Shown: one piece after another, positions 1-4,776 of the stretch
Position numbering within the stretch: position 1 is the first letter of the stretch
How the letters are laid out: each line of letters starts with the position of its first letter
IMG/VR virus record: IMGVR_UViG_2617271086_000001
Location: 1-4,776 of that record
Source of the DNA: a virus
Taxonomy: Duplodnaviria > Heunggongvirae > Uroviricota > Caudoviricetes
DNA: 4,776 nt
Reading direction: 5' to 3' (one strand)
The notes under the pieces: model-generated
Told to the model about the DNA's origin: nothing
Databases searched by the model: none
Seen by the model: the letters and a program-made list of their open reading frames with translations, nothing else
Translations under genes and position numbers: made by a program

Positions 1-426
1 GCAAACCTTACCGTTGCTACGTCAGAACAATGGCGTGATAAGCAAACTGGAGAGCAAAAGGAGCAGACGGAGTGGCACCGTGTGGTAATGAGCGGGAAAC
101 TGGCAGAAATTGCCAGCGAATATCTGCGAAAAGGCTCTGAGGTTTATCTTGAAGGCAAATTGCGGACAAGAAAATGGCAGGATCAAAGCGGACAGGATCG
201 GTTCACTACCGAAGTCATCGTGGGCGTTGGTGGAACCATGCAAATGCTTGGTGGCAAGCAAGGAGGCAATGAACAGTCTTCACCTCAGCGAAATAACGGT
301 CAGCAACAAAGACAGCAACCTCAGCAGCAAGGGAATCACAGCGAACCACCTATGGATTTTGACGACGATATCCCCTTTGCACCAGTAACTCTCCCCTTCC
401 CTCGTCACGCTATTCACGCAATTTAA
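1..426 (+). CDS. ssb: Single-stranded DNA-binding protein, 5'-truncated by the window edge (frame 1 is open from base 1)
   Basis: Translation from base 1 gives ...[68 protein letters not shown]..., closely matching the OB-fold core of E. coli SSB as recalled from memory; Gly/Gln-rich linker; [11 protein letters not shown] acidic tip motif (nt 346-378) followed by an unusual 15-codon extension before TAA at 424-426. Confidence 0.9.
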   Translation, partial: ANLTVATSEQWRDKQTGEQKEQTEWHRVVMSGKLAEIASEYLRKGSEVYLEGKLRTRKWQDQSGQDRFTTEVIVGVGGTMQMLGGKQGGNEQSSPQRNNGQQQRQQPQQQGNHSEPPMDFDDDIPFAPVTLPFPRHAIHAI

Positions 427-434
427 GGACTTAC

Positions 435-983
435 ATGAATCACTTAATGGTTGACCTTGAAACAATGGGCAACGGGCCATACGCGCCAGTTATTTCTATT
501 GGGGCGGTATTCTTTGACCCGAATACCGGAGAAACAGGAGAAGAGTTCTCGGTAAATATCTCGCTTGAGTCATCAATGCGATATCGGGCGCGTCCTGACG
601 CTTCAACGATTTTATGGTGGCTGGAACAGAGTGAAGAAGCCAGAAAATCGCTAACCAGCAACACTCAGGAGCTTTCAACGGCTCTTTCATGGTTATCTGA
701 ATTCATCATAAAGAACGCTAACCACAAATTCGTTCAGGTTTGGGGGAATGGAGCATCATTTGACTGCGTTATTCTCCGCAACAGTTATTCGCTGACAGGA
801 CAGCCAGTTCCGTGGCAGTGGTGGAATGACCGCGACGTAAGAACAATCGTCGAGCTTGGAAAGGTAATAGGATTTGACCCTAAGCGAGATATGCCATTCA
901 AAGGAACTCGCCACAACGCGCTTGATGATGCCATCCACCAAGCCAAATACGTTTCAGCAATCTGGAAAAAATTAGCTAAATAA
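435..983 (+). CDS. DnaQ-like DEDDh 3'-5' exonuclease (RNase T/epsilon-like fold)
   Basis: 182-aa ORF with AAGGA Shine-Dalgarno 5 nt upstream of ATG 435; Exo I-like MVDLETMG, Exo II-like WGNGASFDC, Exo III-like HNALDDAIHQAKY motifs; start 9 nt after the ssb stop. Confidence 0.75.
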   Translation: MNHLMVDLETMGNGPYAPVISIGAVFFDPNTGETGEEFSVNISLESSMRYRARPDASTILWWLEQSEEARKSLTSNTQELSTALSWLSEFIIKNANHKFVQVWGNGASFDCVILRNSYSLTGQPVPWQWWNDRDVRTIVELGKVIGFDPKRDMPFKGTRHNALDDAIHQAKYVSAIWKKLAK

Positions 984-999
984 TCAACAGGAGAAAAAC

Positions 1000-1296
1000 A
1001 TGCCAGCGCCTCTGTATGGTGCGGATGACCCGCGCCGCTGTTCCGGCAATTCCGTATCGGAGGTGCTGGATAAATTCAGAAAAAACTACGACCTGATAAT
1101 GTCGCTACCGCAGGAAACGAAAGAGGAAAAGGAATTTCGCCACTGTATATGGCTTGCAGAGAAAGAAGAACGCGAGCGAATTTACCAGACATCAATCCGA
1201 CCATTCCGCAAAGCCACATATACCCACTCCCCTGAATATATCGACCCGCGCCTGCGTAATTACCGCTCACGCTATGGCGCTATCAGTAATGACTGA
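1000..1296 (+). CDS. Phage early protein, hypothetical; possibly Abc2-like anti-RecBCD protein (recollection only, unverified)
   Basis: 98-aa ORF with AGGAG SD about 8 nt upstream of ATG 1000; charged, Arg/Lys-rich; the N-terminus [14 protein letters not shown] resembles my memory of P22 Abc2-family proteins; it sits directly downstream of the ssb/exonuclease genes. Confidence 0.5.
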   Translation: MPAPLYGADDPRRCSGNSVSEVLDKFRKNYDLIMSLPQETKEEKEFRHCIWLAEKEERERIYQTSIRPFRKATYTHSPEYIDPRLRNYRSRYGAISND

Positions 1297-1306
1297 GGAA
1301 TTTACC

Positions 1307-1471
1307 ATGAGAGGACTTGCATACAATCCCGGCATTCTTCCGGCAGAAATGATTATTCGCCAACGCGTAAAGCCAATGCCATCGAGAGAGGAATTGCTTA
1401 AGAGAAATTCTTTTCCATCAGTGAATCAAAACAAATATCTGAATGCGATGTTGCGGAGTGGGAAGAAATGA
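1307..1471 (+). CDS. Hypothetical small phage protein (54 aa)
   Basis: ATG 1307 preceded by GAGG (1295-1298) at 8 nt spacing; stop overlaps the next start in an ATGA junction (1468-1471). The track's longer 1154 start would overlap the preceding gene and lacks an SD. Confidence 0.45.
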   Translation: MRGLAYNPGILPAEMIIRQRVKPMPSREELLKRNSFPSVNQNKYLNAMLRSGKK

Positions 1472-1881
1472 AACAAATGTCACTAATTGAGATGGATGGA
1501 TTTCTTAAAGGTAAATGCATCCCAAGTGATTTAAAGGTTAACGAAACAAACGCTGAATATCTGGTGCGTAAATTTGCTGAAGCGGAGGCCAAGTGCGCGG
1601 CGCTGGCAGCGGAGAATGCGGCGCTTAAACAGTCGGAGAAGGAATTTAATAACTTCTGTCGTCAGGAGTACTACGGTTGGGAGGACAACTTCACGGAAAC
1701 CCCAGCCACCGATGCTTTCCTGGCTGAAGTACGGGCGCAGGGCGTGGATATGGCTCGTAACGCGATGATTGATTTTGTTGATGGTGAAGTTGGGCCAAAC
1801 AAGAACGTTCCGGGGCTGATTAGAGGCGCAGAGATATGCGTAAGTATTGCTGAACAGCTTCGCAAAGGAGGCAACCAGTGA
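1468..1881 (+). CDS. Coiled-coil phage accessory protein, possibly Ead/Ea22-like
   Basis: 137-aa ORF; Ala/Glu-rich heptad-like segment [23 protein letters not shown]; ATGA overlap with the upstream gene and GTGA overlap with the downstream gene. Confidence 0.55.
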   Translation: MKQMSLIEMDGFLKGKCIPSDLKVNETNAEYLVRKFAEAEAKCAALAAENAALKQSEKEFNNFCRQEYYGWEDNFTETPATDAFLAEVRAQGVDMARNAMIDFVDGEVGPNKNVPGLIRGAEICVSIAEQLRKGGNQ

Positions 1882-2177
1882 CTGTATGTCTTATTGATAA
1901 ACGTCGACGTGGGCAACAAATACCATCTGTTGAAATGCCGAATCACACATGGTTTTGCGTACTTGATATCGATGGTATGGATGCGTTGGTTGACACTCGT
2001 CATTACTGCGATACCGCAACAGCTACTCCGGCGAAAGCAAAGAAAATGGCTGCTCTGATAGAAAACTGGACTCCACCTGATGGTTGGTGCAATGGGAATG
2101 ATCGAGATTGGCATGAAAAAATGAAGGGCTATATCTGCGATTTCTTACGTAAATGCAACGGATTCAGGGTGATGTGA
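1878..2177 (+). CDS. Hypothetical phage protein (99 aa, Cys/Trp/His-rich)
   Basis: GTG start at 1878 preceded by AGGAGG (1866-1871) at 6 nt spacing; GTGA overlap with the upstream stop; no recognisable family. Confidence 0.5.
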   Translation: MTVCLIDKRRRGQQIPSVEMPNHTWFCVLDIDGMDALVDTRHYCDTATATPAKAKKMAALIENWTPPDGWCNGNDRDWHEKMKGYICDFLRKCNGFRVM

Positions 2178-2178
2178 C

Positions 2179-2586
2179 ATGAACAAGATTGACTATCAGG
2201 CACTGCGTGAAGCGGCAGAGAAAGCCGGTGAAGATAAGTGGCAGGCTAAAAAAATAAATGGTGATTTTTTTGTTATTCGTCACGGTAGTTATACAAGACA
2301 GCATGGCTACACATCGTATCAACCCATTGCGGAGATTGATTGTAAGCCAGTCCGGGATTTTGTTGCCAAGGCTAATCCGGCTACCGTACTGGAATTACTG
2401 GATGAACTGGAAGCAGCAAAAAAGCGCATTGCAGAACTGGAAGCGCGGGAAATATCGCTCCCGGAACGTAGCAGCATGCTTCATCGAACAGATTTTCACG
2501 ATGATTACCAAACGGTAATGGCATACAAAGTTTCTGAAGTCATCGCTGCAATCCGCGCCGCAGGCATTCGCATCAAAGGAGAGTGA
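2179..2586 (+). CDS. Ead/Ea22-like family protein
   Basis: 135-aa ORF; N-terminal MNKIDYQALREAAEKAGEDKW and central LLDELEAAKKRIAELEAR coiled-coil are characteristic of lambdoid Ea22/Ead proteins as I recall them; starts 1 nt after the upstream stop. Confidence 0.6.
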   Translation: MNKIDYQALREAAEKAGEDKWQAKKINGDFFVIRHGSYTRQHGYTSYQPIAEIDCKPVRDFVAKANPATVLELLDELEAAKKRIAELEAREISLPERSSMLHRTDFHDDYQTVMAYKVSEVIAAIRAAGIRIKGE

Positions 2587-2587
2587 G

Positions 2588-2779
2588 ATGGACGGACAAA
2601 TATCAATCGTTCGACCAGGAGCATGTGACGATCGCGAAATACGAATAATTATTCGTCTGGCAATGTGGAAAGCAATAACTGCTCTCATTACCCCAGAAAA
2701 TCTCGCATTAGCATTAACAGGAAAGTCAGACCTGCCAGTAGAGCTAAAGCTGCGAAATGTTGAGATTAAGGTGAAATAG
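2588..2779 (+). CDS. Hypothetical small phage protein (63 aa)
   Basis: ATG 2588 with AAGGAG (2576-2581) at 6 nt spacing; 1 nt gap after the previous stop; no recognisable family. Confidence 0.45.
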   Translation: MDGQISIVRPGACDDREIRIIIRLAMWKAITALITPENLALALTGKSDLPVELKLRNVEIKVK

Positions 2780-2781
2780 CT

Positions 2782-3585
2782 ATGACCACTATTACCAAAG
2801 AACGTATCGAATTATTCATTAAAAATCCGCTTGAAAACGGGCTTACTCGTGGCGAACAAATGGAACTGGCACGAATTGCACTGGCATCACTGGAACGCGA
2901 ACAGATTCGCCACGAGCATGCCAAATGGTCTGACTCCACATTTGGCTGCGTTGGCCCCATTGGTCCACTGAAACACCTCTCAAAAGAGGCACTGGAAGCC
3001 GCAGCCGAACCAGACGATCTTAGCGAGTGGGCTGATATGCAGTTTCTGTTGTGGGATGCACAGCGCCGTGCTGGCATCAGCGATGCTGAAATTACCGCTG
3101 CTATGGAAGATAAATTGAAGATCAACATGGAGCGCCAGTGGCCTGAACCAAAAGATGGTGAGCCTCGCTTGCACATTAAAGAACCCGGCAACTCTCCGGT
3201 AATTCCGGATGGTTTATCCACGGTATGCGCTGAGGCTTATCAGGTTGTAGGAGTTATGGCAGATGCGCTTGGTGTATTCGGTGATGCAGCAGTACAGAAA
3301 GTTCTGGATAACCTGTCACAGCAAAAACTTGTTCACAGAGATGTGCTGCCGTTCTCGCTTCCGGTGACTCCGGATGGTTGGATAAGCTGTAGTGAGCGAA
3401 TGCCGGATAGCAAAACAGCCGTTCTTGTTGCCAGGGAGTTTGACAGGAAAGGTTACTGGCGAATGAAATGGGCGACTTACATCCCTGGGCATCCTGACGC
3501 TAATGATGGGTGGATAATTCCTGGTGCGTCGTGGAAACCGTCACACTGGATGCCGCTACCAGAGCCGCCGCAGGAGGCGAAATGA
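2782..3585 (+). CDS. MazG-like dATP/dGTP pyrophosphohydrolase domain (DUF550) fused to a C-terminal DUF551 domain
   Basis: 267-aa ORF; N-terminal all-alpha region with acidic clusters (ELARIALASLEREQIRHEH; EALEAAAEPDDLSEWADMQFLLWDAQ; MEDKLKINMERQWPEP) resembling MazG-type NTP pyrophosphatases; C-terminal DGWISCSERMPD...HWMPLPEPP matches the DUF551 signature as recalled; AAGGTGA SD at 7 nt spacing. Confidence 0.7.
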   Translation: MTTITKERIELFIKNPLENGLTRGEQMELARIALASLEREQIRHEHAKWSDSTFGCVGPIGPLKHLSKEALEAAAEPDDLSEWADMQFLLWDAQRRAGISDAEITAAMEDKLKINMERQWPEPKDGEPRLHIKEPGNSPVIPDGLSTVCAEAYQVVGVMADALGVFGDAAVQKVLDNLSQQKLVHRDVLPFSLPVTPDGWISCSERMPDSKTAVLVAREFDRKGYWRMKWATYIPGHPDANDGWIIPGASWKPSHWMPLPEPPQEAK

Positions 3586-3863
3586 TGGACTCCTTCGCAA
3601 AATATACAATTATTGACTGGATGGCCTTCCTTCAGGTTTTGCTCATCTGGTTTTATATGGCTTACAGGAGTGGGCAGTGGATTGTCAGTGTAGCCTGTAG
3701 CAAGGGATGGCGTTGGTGGAACCGAAAGAATAAAAAAGCACTGGCATTGGATTCGTTTTACGAAGCATTCAATCTTAACAGCCTTCAGCCTGGTTCTGTC
3801 ATTGTAGTCACCACTCAAAGCGGCATGACCATTCAGATTCATAAACCAAAAGAGGAAAAATGA
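3582..3863 (+). CDS. Small membrane protein (about 93 aa, one predicted N-terminal transmembrane helix)
   Basis: AGGAGG (3572-3577) upstream of tandem ATGs at 3582 and 3585; ATGA overlap with the DUF550/551 stop; hydrophobic segment YTIIDWMAFLQVLLIWFYMAY followed by a basic stretch WRWWNRKNKK (positive-inside topology). Confidence 0.55.
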   Translation: MMDSFAKYTIIDWMAFLQVLLIWFYMAYRSGQWIVSVACSKGWRWWNRKNKKALALDSFYEAFNLNSLQPGSVIVVTTQSGMTIQIHKPKEEK

Positions 3864-3949
3864 TGTGGCCTATATGTGTTAATTGCGGACGGATGTGCCT
3901 ATCTGGATGGTGCCGAAAGTGCGACAAATGCACGAAGAAAAGACAATAA
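3860..3949 (+). CDS. Cys-rich micropeptide (29 aa, MMWPICVNCGRMCLSGWCRKCDKCTKKRQ), putative zinc-ribbon-like
   Basis: Absent from the ORF track (too short). Tandem ATGs at 3860 and 3863 overlap the upstream stop (TGA 3861-3863); AGAGG at 3851-3855; six Cys including a CxxC pair and a C-x2-C-x2-C run; followed by a terminator-like hairpin. Confidence 0.35.
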   Translation: MMWPICVNCGRMCLSGWCRKCDKCTKKRQ

Positions 3950-3953
3950 CAAT

Positions 3954-3980
3954 CCTCGCACTCGCGGGGATTTCTTTTAT
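3954..3980 (+). terminator. Putative intrinsic terminator
   Basis: Stem CCTCGC (3954-3959), loop ACTC, stem GCGGGG (3964-3969) with one G-U wobble, then T-rich tract ATTTCTTTTAT; lies right after the micropeptide stop in the only sizeable intergenic gap. Confidence 0.35.
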
Positions 3981-4017
3981 CTGAACTCGCTACGGCGGTT
4001 TTTTATGGAGATGATAA

Positions 4018-4185
4018 ATGCACTTCCGAGTCACAGGTGAATGGAATGGAGAGCCATTCGACAGAGTTATCGAAGCAGAGGACATCAATGACTGCTATAA
4101 CCACTGGATGATATGGGCGCAGATAGCACATGCAGAAGTAACCAATATTCGAATTGAAGAACTGAAAGAACACCAAGCCGCCTGA
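4018..4185 (+). CDS. Hypothetical small protein (55 aa), moron-like
   Basis: ATG 4018 with GGAG (4007-4010) at 7 nt spacing; translation MHFRVTGEWNGEPFDRVIEAEDINDCYNHWMIWAQIAHAEVTNIRIEELKEHQAA; absent from the ORF track; bracketed by two terminator-like hairpins. Confidence 0.5.
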   Translation: MHFRVTGEWNGEPFDRVIEAEDINDCYNHWMIWAQIAHAEVTNIRIEELKEHQAA

Positions 4186-4200
4186 TGGCGGTTTCTTTTT
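4175..4200 (+). terminator. Putative intrinsic terminator
   Basis: GC stem CCGCC (4178-4182) / GGCGG (4187-4191), loop TGAT, extended by flanking A-T and G-U pairs, followed by TTTCTTTTT; overlaps the stop codon of the 55-aa ORF. Confidence 0.5.
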
Positions 4201-4215
4201 GCCTGGAGAATTAAG

Positions 4216-4407
4216 ATGACCGATACCAGCCTGATTCCTGAGAAAGAAGTGATGAACAAGCTCGGTGTTTCATCACGTCAGACAATCTGGAACTATACCA
4301 AACGGCACGGATTTCCAAAGCCAGTCAGAACCCACCCCAAATCATACCTTCGTGAAGCTGTTGAGGGGTGGATTCTTAACGGTGGCGTTAATCAGAAATG
4401 CTCCTGA
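4216..4407 (+). CDS. xis: AlpA/Xis-family excisionase / phage transcriptional regulator (helix-turn-helix)
   Basis: 63-aa ORF with GGAG (4204-4207) at 8 nt spacing; EKEVMNKLGVSSRQTIWNYTKRHGFPKPVRTHPKSYLREAVEGWI fits the AlpA/excisionase HTH pattern (ligand-free small DNA binder, conserved FPKP and W); adjacent to the integrase. Confidence 0.8.
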   Translation: MTDTSLIPEKEVMNKLGVSSRQTIWNYTKRHGFPKPVRTHPKSYLREAVEGWILNGGVNQKCS

Positions 4408-4776
4408 TGTGCCAGAACAATTTATCAGCGTGAAGCTCATACGCTTTGCGCTGAGCCTCTATCCAGTCGTGTTTATTGTATACGGACATTATCCCGCCAA
4501 GTTCATGACCGAGCATTCGCTCAGTAACATGAGGCTCGACATTCATCTCGGACAGACGTGTAACAAGCGTTCTTCTGAAATCGTGTGTTCGCCAGTAACC
4601 GAGATCCATCCCTCCCCTTATTCTATTTACGAATCGGTTGGCTGCAGCGATGCTGATCGGTTTGTTTATGTCTTCTCCAGGGAAAAGAACATCATTGTAC
4701 GTTGTCATGGCCTTTTCGAGGAAAGGCTTAATTTGTTCGAAGATTGGACGGCGGATAACATTACCCATCTTGCTAT
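4388..4776 (-). CDS. int: Tyrosine recombinase (phage integrase), C-terminal catalytic region; 5' part lies beyond the window
   Basis: Minus-strand frame open to the window edge; HDFRRT (His-x-x-Arg box), MLGHE and VYNKHDW (catalytic Tyr region) motifs; stop at 4388-4390 (TAA on the minus strand). Confidence 0.9.
   Translation of the reverse strand, partial: SKMGNVIRRPIFEQIKPFLEKAMTTYNDVLFPGEDINKPISIAAANRFVNRIRGGMDLGYWRTHDFRRTLVTRLSEMNVEPHVTERMLGHELGGIMSVYNKHDWIEAQRKAYELHADKLFWHIRSISD

Larger units (their letters stand above)
1..4776. mobile_element. Lambdoid-type prophage segment: accessory/early-left arm ending in the xis-int integration module
   Basis: Gene content and order (ssb, exonuclease, Ea22-like ORFs, DUF550/DUF551, excisionase, tyrosine integrase); tightly packed same-strand ORFs with overlapping stop/start codons typical of phage early operons. 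Confidence 0.8.

Noticed and set aside
110-388. 92-aa + strand ORF in an alternative frame over ssb
   Set aside because: Entirely embedded in the well-supported SSB frame; no SD and no recognisable protein features.
435-449. Alternative exonuclease start at ATG 447 (MVDLET...)
   Set aside because: Same frame and plausible, but ATG 435 has the better-spaced AAGGA SD; the difference is only four residues and does not affect the call.
22-941. Several short minus-strand ORFs (22-261, 280-480, 440-664, 496-690, 756-941) antisense to ssb and the exonuclease
   Set aside because: All are embedded antisense to confidently called genes with conserved motifs; none has a convincing start context or recognisable features.
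1154-1471. Longer 105-aa version of the small ORF, starting at ATG 1154
   Set aside because: It would overlap the preceding gene by about 140 nt in another frame and has no SD; the internal ATG at 1307 has a GAGG SD and starts right after the upstream stop, so the short form is preferred.
1671-2114. 147-aa minus-strand ORF
   Set aside because: Antisense to two coupled + strand genes; low-complexity Ser/Pro/Ile-rich translation typical of a spurious antisense frame; no SD context identified.
1574-2518. Embedded + strand ORFs 1574-1768 and 2258-2518 in alternative frames
   Set aside because: They lie inside better-supported coiled-coil/Ea22-like frames; their Arg-rich or hydrophobic low-complexity translations are typical of off-frame reads of GC- or AT-biased codons.
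2766-3221. 151-aa minus-strand ORF antisense to the DUF550 region
   Set aside because: Ser/Ala/Cys-rich low-complexity translation opposite a gene with clear domain signatures; most likely a frame artefact.
3510-3581. Upstream extension of the membrane-protein ORF (track start at 3510)
   Set aside because: It lies inside the C-terminal DUF551 coding region of the upstream gene; the tandem ATGs at 3582/3585 have a perfect AGGAGG SD and form an ATGA coupling junction.
3975-4017. Possible sigma70 promoter for the 55-aa ORF (TTTTAT-like -10 candidates)
   Set aside because: No -35/-10 pair with acceptable spacing was found that would leave the GGAG SD on the transcript; a promoter may exist but cannot be supported by eye.
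1-4776. Search for tRNA/att site, CRISPR repeats or IS-element inverted repeats
   Set aside because: The window is almost entirely protein-coding on the + strand with one roughly 68-bp intergenic gap; I saw no periodic direct repeats, tRNA-like cloverleaf segments or terminal inverted repeats. The att site is presumably outside the window.

Overview
This window reads as the accessory/early-left arm of an enterobacterial lambdoid-type prophage, running into its integration module. Almost the whole + strand is one densely packed operon: the 3' part of an SSB gene, a DnaQ-like DEDDh 3'-5' exonuclease, a run of small phage accessory ORFs (two coiled-coil Ea22-like proteins, several orphans), a MazG-like nucleotide pyrophosphohydrolase (DUF550) fused to a DUF551 domain, a small membrane protein and a Cys-rich micropeptide. 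Two terminator-like hairpins then bracket an isolated 55-aa gene, followed by an AlpA/Xis-family excisionase whose 3' end overlaps, convergently, the 3' end of a tyrosine integrase on the - strand (integrase continues beyond the window). No tRNA, rRNA or CRISPR array was found. All family assignments are from reading the translations by eye; no database search was possible. The best candidates for an undescribed system are the DUF550-DUF551 enzyme together with the translationally coupled membrane-protein/Cys-micropeptide pair, and the terminator-bracketed 55-aa moron-like gene; an SSB whose conserved DDDIPF tip is not C-terminal is a further anomaly.
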